Source: Neophaeotheca triangularis
Lineage: Eukaryota
DNA: 64,000 bases
Assembly: GCA_054600435.1 (NCBI GenBank)
Contig: BAAIJX010000024.1
Coordinates: forward strand, 248,001 to 312,000
Reading direction: 5' to 3'
Positions 12,310 through 26,251 of this stretch are shown piece by piece (the first letter of the stretch is position 1; every line of letters starts with the position of its first letter). The position numbers were made by a program, and so were the translations under genes. The notes beneath the pieces are model-generated. The model worked only from the letters and a program-made list of their open reading frames with translations. It did not search any database and was not told the origin of the DNA.

Positions 12310-13570
12310 TACTCCCCCTACTATAGTTCTTTAACCCTTCCTACTACTATAACTAATAAGTAGTCTCTTTACTAGTTGCCTTAATACTAATAGCTATACC
12401 TTCTACTAATACTAATAGCCCTTTTACTAATACTAGCTAACAATACTAATAACACTTTAGCTTTAGTACCTTTAGTACTAATAGCAGCTTTAGTATAGCT
12501 ACCGTTAACTAAAGCACGATAGGTAGTATAGGTAGCTCTAGTAGTAGTAAGAAGCTACTAACTAGTACTCCCTCTACTTATACTATATACGACCTAAACT
12601 AGCTAGCTACTTTAAGTAAGTTACTATAGGCTAGCCGTAAGAATTTCGCTAATATGTAGATAGTCCTTAACTATATCTAGCTAGACTTAGCTACTTTATG
12701 TAGAATCCGCCGGGTCGCTATTAACCTTAGGCCGGACAACGTTAAGCAAATGCTACTATAATTCCGTAACAATAAAGCCTAGTAGTTCTACGCCTCTAAT
12801 AAGTCCCTAGCCCTAAAGAATAAGCTAGAAATAAGGGTAGCTAGCAAGAAATTCAACCTGTCTTCTACTAAGAATACTAATTACCTCCCTACTACTATAA
12901 CCTAAGCTATTAAGGGAGGCAAAATTCATAAAGGGGATGTAGCTTACACTAGATGTAAGAAGGGTAACGGCCCTTAGAAGAATTATGTTACCTTAGAACA
13001 TAAAGGAAAGAAGTTTATAAAGGGAGCCTATAGTAACTATAGCTATAGTAACTACTTTGACCGATATGACTTCTCTTATAAGTATTACTAATACAGGCTA
13101 ATTTCCGCGGGAATTCTTCGCTAATATGTAGGTAGCCTATTAACTAGTCCTACGAACAAAGTCTTCGTAGGAAACTCTAGTATCTTTACTAAGAAGGATA
13201 GGGTTAATAGCTAGCTCTCCCGCTCCCCTAACGACTAGTAGATATGCTAAAGTGCTAATCCCTAATAGCATTAATTAGAGCACACTAGCTAGGGCTACTA
13301 CATTTACTTAGGCCTTAAGGTAAAGGGTAGATGTCTATAGTAGTAGGTCTACCCTTAATAGGGGAATAGGTCTTAGATCTATACTGTCTACTATAAGAGC
13401 TAGGTCTAGTAGAGAAAGTACCTTTTAGGGCTTCCTAACTTCTATAGGAAGTTCTTCTAGTTCTAGTAGTTCTTCCTCCTCTTTAAGCCTCTTAGTAAGG
13501 AAGGATAGTAAGAAGGATAGTAGCTCTAAGGATAGTAGCTAGGGTAGTTCTAAGGATAGCTAGAAAAAGT
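12310..13570 (+). pseudogene. Extra antisense ORF in the Copia element, DUF3716-like Cys-rich domain
   Basis: De-RIP translation of 12930-13075: VACTRCKKGNGPWKNCVTLEH.GKKFMKGAC.NCSY....RCDF, followed by an acidic/Ser-rich tail. Confidence 0.65.
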
Positions 13571-15687
13571 AAAATAAAGGAAAAGGGTAGTAGTGTCCTA
13601 TAAGGGTATTGTTTCTTAGGAGATAGTTCCCTAGAGTTTTAGTGTTTTCTAGGTTTTCTTAAGTTTTGTTTCTTAGGTTAGTATAAAGGAAAATGCTGCA
13701 TTATATAGTAGGTTTCTCCTAGGATAGTTTTCCGGAGTTAGTGTTTTCTTAGGATAGAGTTTAGAAACAAAGGGAATACTACATCCTATAAGGGTATAAT
13801 ACTCTCTAAGTAGGATGATCTTAAATCATCTAGTTAGGGGACTTTAGCTTAGTTAGACTATCTGCTAGCTACTTAGTAGTATTAATATATTTAACACTAA
13901 TAACCCCCTTCTTAAGCTATTCCCTATAGTAATAGTTTCTAAGGGAGGTGTGTTTTAATCGCTTTAAGTTAGTATAGTCTTCTATAAGTAGGATAGCTAA
14001 CTTGTTGTTAATATAAACCTTAATAGTTTTTAAGCTAAATTCTATTAAGGGCTAAAGTTTAAGGAAAAGATTCTACATCTAGTTAATTTCCCTTATAGTT
14101 TCTATTAATATAACATACTCTACCTTAGTGCTTAATAGGATAACTTCCTTCTATCTCTAAGATCTCTAGACTATAGGTGCACTATTTATGAAAATGGCTA
14201 AGCTAGATGTTAATCTAGATGTAGCTAGATCACCTATAAAATCTAAGTCTAAGTAGGCCTTAATAGAAATTCCTTCCTATCTCTTATAGATAAGCCCTCT
14301 ATCTGTAGTACCTATAACATATCTCTAGATGTGTGTTATAGCTATAATATGCTCCTCTAATAGGTTTTAAAGGAACTTTACTAAGTAGTTAACTATATAA
14401 GAAATGTCTAGCCTTATCTAGTTTGCTAGGAATTGTAGTTCCCTAATCATCTTATTAAAGATGTAATAAACCTACTAAGTGTATTACTTCTTAGAAGGTT
14501 TATATAAGCGGTTAAGTAGGTACTTAACTATCCTTGCTTAGTCTAGATTATGCCCTTTAAGTTTGTTAAGGGCATAATGCTTCTAGGATAGCTTAATAGT
14601 ATTCCTACTCTCCTTAATATATAGGCCTAGGAAAAGGTTAGTATCTACCTCCTTAATGCTATACTTCTTCTTTATCTCTACGATAAGCTACTTAATCTTC
14701 TTAGGTTTAGGGCTAAAGATCTAGAAGTTATCTATATGTATTAAAACTAGTATATTATTATTAGTAAAAAGATATGCATTAGACTTTGTCTGCTTTAGTC
14801 CTATTAACTTAAGATAGGATGTAGTATCTTAAAACTAGAGGTAAGCTACCTACTTAAGACTATATAAGCCCTTGTTAATCTTTATAAGCTTGCCCTTCTT
14901 ATCTTTAAGAATAAGTTTAAGTCCTCCTAGTGCCTAGATAAAGATCTGTCTATCTAGATTAGGATTTAAGAATACTATCTCTATATTAATCTAAGTTCTA
15001 CTCTATTTAAGCTAGAATGTAATAGCTAGGAGGATCCTTCCTGTTCCTAGTCTTAGTGTTAGTGTAAAGGTGTTAATATAGTTAATACCTTGTTTCTATA
15101 AGAATCCCCTTACTATCTATCTAGCCTTATACTTATTAATAGAGCTATCTAGGAGAAGCTTTAGCTTAAACACCTACTTCCCTATAAGTGCTCTTCTACT
15201 AGGTAGTAGCTCTAATTACTTAATCTAGGTAATTATGCTAGTAGATTTAAGGCTTTTAATCTCCTTAATTATTATAGCCTTCTACTAGCTTATATCCTTT
15301 CTACTAAATGCATCGTAATAGTCCTTAGGATTATTAGTAGCCTAGGTTATAGCTCCTATATATAACTACCTATAATTCTACGATTTTATAGGCCTACCTA
15401 CCCTTATATATATTAAGGTGTTACGACCGCGGTGCTAGCGGGACATCGGCGGCCTAAGCTGCGGAGTAGCTCGGGAGTACTAAGCGTACACACTACGAAA
15501 GTATATGAGATAGCTAACAGTAAAGTCTCCTGTCTACTATCGAATAGTTTCTATATCAAAGGACTATTACTATTATTACCATTATTACGCTCCGCCCTCG
15601 CTCCGCCGTAATCCCGACCGAGTCATAGTCTCGGTCTTATAATTCTATTCGATCTTAGAACCTTTTCAGGTTAAGATTCGCTCGGAC

Positions 15688-18600
15688 ATTATAGTACTAT
15701 CGCGCTCGCTACGCCCTCGGGTTAACGACGCTAACCTAGCGGACTCCCCTAACACTATAACCGGAGTCAACACCCCGTAAGAATAAGAAGAGGCGGCGAC
15801 GGACTAATATACGGTCCTTACTACCGCTATTACGGAACTCTAACAGCAATTAGTAGAGCGTATAGCGCCTATTTAGCGAGCCGCCGATAGAGCGACGGTC
15901 CCCCGCGACGAGTCCGAAAGAGGATATATCGAACTAGAGGACCCGGCGGACATTGCCCCTACCCTAGTAGCACGTAAGTAGACGGTAGACGAAGATCTAC
16001 CTACCGGCGTAACGATAAAGGAGCGAAAGGCTTACATCGATATCGAGAAAGCTTTTCGCTCGGCCGAACTAACGGTTTATAGGAGTTATCCTAATCTCTA
16101 AAAAGCATAGACGTTTATCTAGCAATACGAGCATATGTTTAAGACGTACCCTTATGTTTACTTTTATTAGTACGAGCATATCTAGTATGCCGTAGGCCGT
16201 CTATACGGCCGCGTCGGCTAGAACTAGGAGAGTAAAGAATCACGACTCGAACGCGAAGAGATGAAATGGCCTATGTTTAAAGAATAGCTACTAGATTAGA
16301 TCCTCGACCCCGAAAACTATGCTATAAATATAGCGTTTCGAGGTTTTAGACACGTTTAGGGAGCGACCTAATCTATTCACGACTACCTCTTATATATCGA
16401 AGACTCCCTCCGCGAGGCCGACGTCGCCCCGCTACTAGAGCATACGCTCCTTACCCTCGTCAAGACAGGTCTACGGGAAAATCTTAAGGCTAAGCTAAAC
16501 GCCTAGCTAACGGTGCTAGACAATAGGCATAACCTCGTCGCGCTTTACACGCGCCTCGACGAGGCTAGCCGTAGTAGCTAGGATACTAGAGGCAAGACGG
16601 CGGACAAGCCACGTAAGACCGACTTAAGAGGTTTTAGCTATAGGAAAAGAGAACAAAACTAGAGCATAAGCGACAATAACTCTAAACCGCGCTGCTAGCG
16701 TACCGATAGAATACCGGCGACCGGCATGAACCGCACGGGTACGACTAATAGTGGCGAACGAAACAACAAAGCCCTCGAAGAAAACCTTTGTTTTAAGTGT
16801 AGTAACAAAGGCTACTAGTAAGAAAATTGCCGAAAGGGAAAAGCTTAGCCCTAGGCCATTTAATTGTTAGCCTTAAAGGCTTAGGGCGGCAAGTAGGTAG
16901 TACGTTAATAGAGCGCCTATAGGCTGTCGTAAAGACATGCGATTATACCCGTAACGGGCTACGCTTCGAGGCCTATAGGCTTATCGATATAGGAGCGTAT
17001 TACAATGTCATCTCGGAAGACATCGCGGTCTAGTATAACCTGCCGATAAAGGGTGACCGGATTCATAGGCTACGAGCCTTCGGCGACGTCGAAGCCCTAA
17101 TAGTAGGCTAATGTTAACTCTATACTGAAGTCGCTAATTTAGACGGTATAGTTTAGACTATCCCGTAGATGTTCGAAGTAGTAAACTAGAAGGATTACGA
17201 AATGATTCTTAGAATGCCTTAGATCCGATCCGTAAAAGTATAGCTCGATTTCGCGTCGCCGCTAGTATAGTGGCGCTATAGCGGTGTGTACGATAAAGAA
17301 GAAGTCGAAATTATCGAGGCCGAAGAACTAGCCCGAGATATTAATAGTAGAGCATCTATCCTCGCCGTTAGCGTAGAAGACCTACGCGGGACCCTAGCGG
17401 AGCCGCGGGTGCCTAAGTAGTTAGTAGAGTACGCCGAGGTGTTTAAATTAGAGAAGGCGAAAGAGTTACCTCTATATACGCTTCATGACCACTATATCGA
17501 ACTAGTCGAGGGAAAAAACCCTCCTAGTAGACCGATCTACCTATGTTCTAAGCTAGAGCTCGAAGAAATGTAGTCGTAGATTAATAACCTGCTCGCAACG
17601 GACTGTATTAAGCCTAGTACTAGCCCTGCTAGCGTACCGTTACTATTCGTTAAGAAGAAAAACGGCAAACTTCGCATGTATGTCGATTACCGCGGCTTGA
17701 ACGAAATCACTATTAAAAACAAGCGTCCTTTACCGCTTATCGGTGAACTCTTAGATAGAGTCCGCGGATTAACGTGGTTTTCGAAAATCGATTTAGTTAA
17801 GGCATACTACCGTTTACGTATCGCCCGGGGCGACGAGTAGAAGACGGCGTTCCGCTATTAGTACGGCTATTTCTAATACAAGGTCATGCCTTTTAGACTC
17901 GCTAATGTACCGGCGTCGTTCTAGGCCTTTATTAATAAGGTGCTTATAGAGCTAGTTAATCACTACTACGTGGTATATATAGATAATGTTCTTATCTACT
18001 CCTGTACCGAATTAGAACACTGCGAACACGTTCGAGCGGTCTGCCGTTAGCTCGCCGACGCTAAGCTGTATACTAGCCTCGAGAAATGCGAGTTCATGGT
18101 CCGAGAGATTAGATTCCTTAGTTTTATTATTAAATCTACTAGAGTAGCGATAGAGCCCCTACGGGTAGCTATAGTACAAGATTAGCTAATGCTAAAGTCC
18201 TTAAAAGAACTCTAAGTGTTCCTAGGATTCGCGAATTTCTATCGTCGCTTCATCGAGGGATATATAAAGATTACCGCTCCCCTTATAGACCGCCTACGGC
18301 ATAGCGGCAGTGAATAGTAGCCACTAGGTAAAGATGCCTAAAAATCCTTTAAAAGGTTAAAGCACAGCTTCATTTCGGCACTAGTGCTACGGCACTTTAA
18401 CGCTACGCTAGAGACCCGCCTTAAGACCGATACATTAGGATATATATTAGGAGGCATACTCGCGTAGAAGCACTTAGACACGCTATAGCATCCGGTCGCA
18501 TATTACTCTAAGAAGCTTAAAGGGCTAGAGTTACGATATCTAGTGCACGATTAGGAACTACTCGCTATCGTCGAGGCGACACGCTAATAGTAGCACTATA

Positions 18601-20760
18601 TATTGTCGGCTAAGAGCAAAGTTTAGGTGCTTATAGATCATAACAATCTAAAGTACTTCCTATCGATAAAGAAATTGTCGGGCCGCTAAGCGCGCGCTAT
18701 AGAAGAGCTATCGTAATACGACATCGAAATCATATACCGTGAAGGTAAATTAAACCCTAGAGTAGACGGGCTCTCGCGCCGTCCTAATATAGAGGCCGAT
18801 AGAGAATTGAGTAGGGCGGAGATACTACCTATACTAACTAGGCTTTTCGCTCCCCTAGCGGGCTACTATAAGGCCGCCGAAGTTCCGGCGAGTAGCCGTA
18901 AGACGGCCGCTAAAGATAGAGTAGAGATCCTATCTATGTCGCTAGGGTACGTAGCGCTAGTAAACCGCCGGGCGTTAGCCGCCTCGCTAGTAGGCTACAT
19001 AATAGCTACTAGAGATACCGGTCCTCTAAACAATAAGCTTTAGAGTAATGATACCGTGTACACTAAGCGAACGCTCTAAGGGGGAGGTAAACTAAACCTG
19101 ACTAGCTCCGTCGCTATAGTAGCGCTAACCTATTATGACCCCGTAGGTAAGTAGCTAGGTATACTCGCTATCACCGAATTAGACATTAGAGAGCCTAACA
19201 TGGCGGTAGACCGAATTGACCTTAGAGCGGATATGTTACGCGCATAGTAGGGAGACCCCTTTACTAAACGCATTCGTAAAGAGATCGACGAGGGATAGTA
19301 CCGTAGAGACGCTAATAGCGCCGCGCCTACGTGGTCGGTTAGTTTTACAGGACTTCTTAAGATTAATGGAAAGGTGTATATGCCGCTAGTAGAAAGCCTA
19401 CGGGCCGCCGTACTAAGCTACTACTACGAGGACCTATTAGTAGGATACCTAGGAGTAGGGAAGACTAAAGCCGTCTTCTACAAGGAGTTTTAGTGGTCTA
19501 AGTAGACTAAGGATGTCGAAGAGTATGTCCTTAGGTGTAATACCTACTAAAGACATAAGTCGCGCCGCTACCGGCCCTATAGCGCACTATAATCGCTAAG
19601 GGTTCTAGGTACTAATGAGATCTTTAAGCATTAGTCTATAGACATAGTGGTTAAGTTGCCTGTTGTAGAGACATATAAGGGCGAAACAGTCGATTCTGTG
19701 TTAGTTATTGTTAACCGCTTCTTAAAGTTCGCGAGGTATATCCCTATTAGCGAAGCGATAGGGGCCTACTAGCTAGCCGATATTTTCGAGCACGAAATTC
19801 TTACTAAGTTCGGTAAGCCAAAATCGATTATAACTAATAGAGGCAGTATATTCACCTCCGCGTTTTAGACAGAGCTCCTTTAGTATTAGAAAACCGAGCG
19901 CAAGTTATCGACGGCGTACTACCCTTAGTCTAACGGGTAGACGGAGAGGCAAAACCAAACAATAGAATAGTATCTACGATGCTTTGTTAACTTTGCATAA
20001 ACAGATTAGCCTTATTACCTCATATAGGCTAAATTCGCCCATAATAATAGCATAAGCGCATCGACTAAAGTGTCGCCGTTCTTTACCGTCTACGGGGCGG
20101 AGCCCTAACGGCCTAGCGGCGTTACGGATAACGCTGTCGGAGAGGGAGGCAGCGAACCGATAATCCCTAACCTCTAAGAAAGAACCGAAAACTAGAAAGC
20201 AATTCGCGAGGTCGTCGAGGAGAACATTCGGCACGCTGTTAGCAAGTAGGCGGAATACTACAACCGAAAACACGATCCTATAGTATTTAGTGTCGACGAC
20301 GAGGTTCTTATTTCCGCGAAAAACCTAAAAACGTTAAGACTAACTAAAAAGTACTCCTCGCGTTATGTAGGGCCCTTTCGAGTCATAGTAAGGGTCGGAA
20401 AACAAGCATACCGATTAGCCCTACCTCTATACCTTAGAAAGATCTATAACGTCTTCTATATCTCCCTCCTCGAACCGTACTACTAACGCGCCGACTTTGC
20501 ACCGCTAGCGGAGCGAGAAGTCGACGGAGGCGGCGAATAGGTTGTCGACGAAATAACGGCATCCGGTCTAGACGACGATGGCGACAAGATGTACTAGGTT
20601 CTTTAGAAAGATTAGCTAATAGAAGAGGGTACCTAGGAGAAAGAGAAGCATCTAAACAACGCGAAAGAAGCGATAGTAGACTTCGAGTAACACTAGTAGA
20701 CCTACGGCGGCGCGAAAAAGAAGCGTAGAAAGAAAACATAAAGCCCGAAAAAGAAGAAAA
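15688..20760 (+). pseudogene. Gypsy gag and pol with C-terminal chromodomain
   Basis: Conserved motifs are readable through RIP stops. Confidence 0.92.
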
Positions 20761-20879
20761 CTATAGGAAAAGGACGTAGTACACAAGCTTCTTAAGTAAT
20801 AGCTACTACGGATAGGCTAGCGATAGGATAACGGCGCTTATAGAGAGTACGCAAATGATTAGACAAACGCTTAAGCCCT

Positions 20880-22210
20880 AGTGTCTAACTCCTTCGCAAC
20901 ATTAGTAATATTAGCCTATAGCTAATCTTCGGCACTAATAGACTTCTCCGCATTCTCTCCTACTAACGGAGCGGCGTCGTCCCTACGGCGCATCCTAAGG
21001 AAGCCTAAGATACTAGAAGGCTTCTTCGGAGCCTTATCCTCCTTATCCAACTCCGACGAAGAAGAGCTTTCCCTAGAAGATACCTCTAGCGGCGTACCGG
21101 CGTCGCCCCTACTACTCTTCTAAACTAGACCCTTAGTCTCTACTACTAGTACCTTAGGAGCTACTACTAGCGCCGGCGTACTAACGGTCTTATCGTAAGG
21201 CGGCGACTTACTAAGACTAGGAGTCTCGCGTAGCGGCAAAGAAGAAGACGCGGCGTAACGGCAGCTAGACATCTCGCCGATAAGTACGGACATTTCCGTA
21301 TAGTAGACGGCGACAAGTCTCTCGATAGTATCGGTGACGATCGTAGCGAAGTCGCGAGTTTAATCCGTGATTAGGCGTGCTATATCGTGCGGAGTTAAGA
21401 TCTTATCGTTATTAGGACCGGAACGACGAAGGCCCCCTATCGGGATAACGGCGCGGTTATTCTTATAAAAGTACTAAGAGACCTTAGCGTCGACTTCTAA
21501 GACCTTAAGGTATATCGGCGAATCGGCGTCGGAACTACTAGTACGGTTAGCGCGATAGAGTATAGCGGTATGGTTTATCTAGACACGGTAGGCGCGCTAG
21601 CTAGCGAGGTTAGGAATGATCTAAAGAGACATTAGTAAAGCTCGTAACGACGACGGAGCTACGGCGGGCTTACCTCGATACACGATTGCTTCGCGTTAAA
21701 GTAGGTGTTATATACCGATCTAGTCGCGGAAGGCACTATCTTACATAGCGGGACGAAGTCGACGGACCTAGCGAGAACGTTGCTTAAGAGCTCCTTAATA
21801 TAGCGCGAACAACGAGGGCGATTAATATCGATAGGAGTAAGCTCCTTACCCTTATCGATGTCGGCGAAGCGACGGAACGCCGGCGTACCCTTATTAGACC
21901 TACTCTCTTCACTATTATTACCCTTAGTATGCTTACGTTTCGAGCCCGTACCCTTAACGGCCGTAGCGCGCTTCGTACTAATACCCTCCGACTTCAAACC
22001 CTTCTTAGTAGACTTCGACTCGTTAACTAGATCCTTTAACTCCTCCTCTATAAAGCTACTAGCGGCGATCTAACGACGGCCCTTAGTTATAAAGACTCCC
22101 TTAGCGACAATCGCGCTATCTATAGTAAAGGCACCCTTACTATTAACGGCTATAGCGCTAACGCTATAGTCGACTAGCGCCTTTAGACGCTTACTAACAC
22201 GTAGAGGCAT
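20880..22210 (-). pseudogene. Extra antisense ORF in the Gypsy element with a Cys6-like motif
   Basis: ATG at 22210. ORF-track peptide RCSR(C)IKELL...LCK.VPSATRSV(C)NT(C)FNAKQSCIE, followed by an intron-like segment (GTAAGC...CTAAT...TAG). Confidence 0.55.
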
Positions 22211-23259
22211 AATGGAATAGTAGCGGAGCAATAAAGGCAGTAAATAAAAGCTGGCGAAAAAGGGCGATAGCGAGATCGCGAAAAAAGTGGTCGATGAAGA
22301 AGGAAAGAAGGTATTAGAGGTACGAGGAGCGCCTTTTTGTTAAACCGCGCTAGGTAAGGTTTTCGAAAGGTTACCGGAAGTAGGTAATAATAGGAAACTA
22401 GGTAAGGTTAGTTTCATTGTCGAAGAACAATAGGAACTGTATATAGACCGATAGTGGCGCGTATACAAAGAACTAAAGTTCACTTACCGACAAAGAAGGT
22501 CACCTTATTAAAAGGCAAACCGGCACGCCGAAGGGACTACGACGGAGTAGAGGCTATTATTATTATTATGGTTAAAAGGAGGAAGTCTTTAAAAGAGAAG
22601 CGGCCGGCAGGTTACCTCCGCGTAATTATAGCGTAATCACGCTAAGGCTCCGCTAGCAATTACTACTCCGCTAAATCACCGCCACGTGGCCGTTAATACC
22701 GCTTATCGCGACGATAACGCACCTTGCCGTAGCGAACTTAGGTTTAGGGTAAATTCACTCTAGGGACCCGACGGTACGACGGCGGTACGCGGTATCACTC
22801 TTTTCCTTAGTAAAGACACTGCCGAGGTTTTTAACGAGGATGCTAACATACGCGCTATGACGGATCTCGTATAACTATGCTTATAGGTGCTAGCTCGAGG
22901 ACGAGCTACCGGAGAGGGAGGCAATTGTTATAACCGCGGCGCTAGCGGGACATTAGCGGCCTAAGCTACGGAGCAGCTCGGGAGTACTAAGTATATATAC
23001 TACGAAAGTATATGAGATAGCTAATAGTGAAGTCTCCTGTCTACTATTAAATAGTTTCTATATTAAAGGACTGTTACTATTATTACTATTATTACGCTCC
23101 GCCCTCGCTCCGCCGTGATCCCGACCGAGTCATAGTCTCGGTCTTATATAAGGGCTAGGGGGATAGTAATCTCTTCCTCTTACTAGTAGTTAGCTAAGGG
23201 AAGAATAGTGTTATTAGGGTGTCTCCCTAATCTTCCTCTATTAGGTTAACTAAGGGCTA

Positions 23260-23570
23260 CTATTACTCTCCCTAGTATATAGGGGAGACTTCTTAGTACT
23301 CTCCCTATTCTATAGGAGAGGCTTCTTATTATTACTCTCCCTATTCTATAGGAGAGGCTTAGTGTTACTACTCTCCCTTAGGAGAGGCTTATTAGTAATC
23401 TCCCTTAGGAGAAGATTAGTGCTCTCCCTACTCTTTAGGGGAGACTTACTAGTATTAGTACTCTCCCTTAGGAGAGGCTTGTTAATATTAGTGCTCTCCC
23501 TTAGGAGAGGCTTGTTATTATTAGTACTCTCCCTTAGGAGAGGCTTATTATTGTTACTACTCCTATTATA
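23260..23570. repeat. Degenerate tandem repeat (core CTCTCCCTTAGGAGAGGCTT) in the Copia IN-RT linker
   Basis: About nine imperfect units of 24-36 bp. Confidence 0.8.
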
Positions 23571-26096
23571 GGCTATTAAAGTTCTCCTAAAGCCCTAGGA
23601 TGTAAAGGGCTAACTACTCTCCCTAAACTATAGGAGCCTAAATAGGCCTAAAGCAAATGTCCTTATTAAAGGTTATATGTAGGCTCTAAACAATACTAAA
23701 TAGGCCCTATTTAGTTAGTATTATTAGGAGGTAGTTAGTAGTAGAGTTATCTTAGAAGCCTATAAACTAGTAGATAGTAGCTCTTAGGGTAAACTTTTCC
23801 GATGTAATCCTGTTCTAGTTATATAGGAATGCTTTATAGCTAAATCTTCTAAGGTTAGAGAGGTTAATAGTCTAGTCCTTAGATACCCCTAAATCCTCCT
23901 TAAGGTGTTATAGGGGGATCTTCTTAGTCCTAAGGTTATAGACTATATTAGTGACATAGGCTATATAGTTTATAGCTAAAGGCTAGAGATCTCTAGGAAT
24001 ACTAGAGTTAATTATCATTACCCTAGCCTTAGCTAGGATAGTTTTGTTAGATAACTCTGTAATGCTATTTTGTTTAGGAGTCTTTAGGCTTAAGATGTCC
24101 TATCTTATCCCTATCTACTACACTATAGTAATTAAATTATAGTTAATAAACTCCCTACTACTATTAGAGAACTACATCTTTAGTACCTTGTTATAGGCAT
24201 TTATAGTTCTTACTATAAAATTCCTAATAAGTAATAGTGCCTTACTTTTGTTTCTTATAAAGAGAGGCTACCTAAACCTAGTTTTAGAATCTGTTAGGAA
24301 GATAATGTACCTTAGACTAATGCTAGAGGTTAGTGTAATAGGGCTAACTATATTAACATATATCTTATCTAGGGCTTAGCTAGCCCTTACTCTTAAGGTT
24401 CTTAAGATAACCCTTTAAGACTTTAAGAGTTTATAGACCTTATAGTAGCCTAGGGCTATAGTGTCTACTACTTTAAGCCTAGTTATATGTTGTTTAGTAG
24501 CATTAAGAATACTACTACTAATGTGGCCTAGTCTTTAGTACTATCTAGTTATGTCTACCCTTAGCCCTAATACTACTAGTACTACTAGCAATCTTAGTAT
24601 AGCTACTACTATTAATAGTAGGCTTTATTACTAAGGTAGTAGAAGGATTTCAACATCCTATATAACATCTACCTTATAAACTTGCTTTACTGTCCTAATA
24701 GTGCTTTTATTAGACCTTAGCTTATTAGTATATCTATCTAGAGCAATCCTATACTTCTAGTATAGTATGTCTACACAAATTAGGTTAGTAGAGGATCCTA
24801 GGGAGTATAGGACATTCTTTAGGGTAATACTAAAAATCTTGTTATAGTACTTAAGGGAAAGCTTAACTATCCCTAAGTAGGTAATAGAGGCCTGTCTAAT
24901 AGCCTAGCTAAAGGTAATTAGCTTCCTAAGGGGCTTAATATCCTAAAAGTGCTTAAGCTTATTAAAGAAAGAGAAGGATAATCTAGAGTCTAAGATAATA
25001 GTGATTTCTAGTACTATAGCTTATAGTACTATAGGGAGAGATAGAGTAATACTTAATATGCCTCCTAAAGATAGGGATAAGATTAACTTAGTATTACTAT
25101 TTTTACTATTGTTAATAGCTATAGTAGCTTTTCTCCCCTTCTTCTTAGTAGACTTAGTGTTCTTATTCTTCCCTATATCCTTCTTCTTCCTCCCCTCCTA
25201 CCTATCCTTACTACTATCTTTACCTTTCTTATACTATTTAGGTGCCTACTCTAGGTACTACTTAAAGCATTTAGCATTAGTGTATTAGTAGTAATTATAT
25301 TAGGTGTAGATGTCATCTTTTACTATATCTGTAAACCCCTATATCCTTCTCTATTACTAAAATAGGGGAGGTAGGGCCTTAGACCTAAGGCTAGTAATTA
25401 TATCCTCTAAGTATTTCCCGCTCTAAGGGAGGTTATTATATCTCTAAGTCCTAAGCTACTCTACATTTAGAGTTCCCCCTTTAAAGAGAATTTTAATATA
25501 GTTATCTAGGAGACTAATGCTTCCTATATTAGTCTAGTTCCTTAGGGTAACCTACTAGTCTATAGCTCTCTTAAAGGTCTAATAGGCTGCTATAAACTCC
25601 TAGTAATACTTTAGGGTATTTGTTCCCTATAGCTTAATACTATAGAGGTTAGAGATAGCCTTATAGAGGGTAATTATGACATTAGGCCTATAGATAGATT
25701 TAACATACTTAAATAGCTTATAGGCTGTCTTATATAATATACTATAGTTAGGCCTATATTCGTCTAACAGCCTTTCTATAATAATGCTATATATAAGCAT
25801 GTCTTTTTTATAGAACTTAACTATAGTATCCGTTATAGACGTTAGTAGTTAGACTGCCCTTAGTAGCTATTTAAGGTTATAAAACACATAGTTAAGACAG
25901 TCCTTATTAAGCAGCTTGCTCTTTAGGATAGCCTCCTAGACACTAAAGGTTATGTTCTTCTTAAGGATCTTATTATCCTTAGCTCCCCTATTATTCGTGT
26001 CCATTTTGTTTAACTAGGGATAGTTATCCTAGGAATCGTTCGTAATTAGCTAGTTTCGTGCTCGCTTATGCGGATTAATATGCCGGGCTTATAACC

Positions 26097-26251
26097 TATT
26101 GTAATATATAGCGGCACGAACTCGATTAATTGATTTTAAAGGACTAAACTAGGTGCTTTACAGTAAAGCCTATAAAGACAGGTTGCAGCTTCTATAGCTT
26201 CTACCTTAGGCATGCGATGTCACGTGCTGTACTGTACAGCTCATTACAATA
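26097..26251 (-). repeat. Copia 5' LTR
   Basis: Matches 11968-12122 and is followed by the PBS. Confidence 0.95.

Larger units (their letters stand above)
15419..23148 (+). mobile_element. Ty3/Gypsy chromovirus LTR retrotransposon (RIP'd, 7.73 kb) nested in the Copia element
   Basis: 223-bp LTRs at 15419-15641 and 22926-23148. TSD TAAGG on both sides. PPT GGAGAGGGAGG. Gag zinc knuckle near 16790, PR LIDTGA near 16981, RT YID(D)VLIYS near 17975, RH, IN (GQTERQNQT near 19935), GPF and chromodomain near 20530-20690. Confidence 0.96.
13810..26004 (-). pseudogene. Copia gag-pol, split by the Gypsy insertion in the IN-RT linker
   Basis: ATG at 26004. Gag/PR/IN lie at about 26000-23150 and RT/RH at about 15410-13810. 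Confidence 0.9.
11968..26251 (-). mobile_element. Ty1/Copia LTR retrotransposon (RIP'd), about 6.5 kb without the nested Gypsy
   Basis: 155-bp LTRs at 11968-12122 and 26097-26251 with TGTTGTAAT...ATTACAACA ends after de-RIP. TSD GCGCC/GCGCT. PBS GGTTAT(G)AGCCC and PPT AGGGAGAG on the minus strand. Domain order gag CCHC, PR, IN (WHQRLGH), RT (WVFKLK, YKARW, LYGLKQ, VHIDDF), RH (ADGLTK). Confidence 0.95.

Noticed and set aside
23260..23570. CRISPR-like repeat/spacer appearance
   Set aside because: Eukaryotic context, no unique spacers or cas genes. It is a degenerate coding tandem repeat inside the Copia polyprotein.
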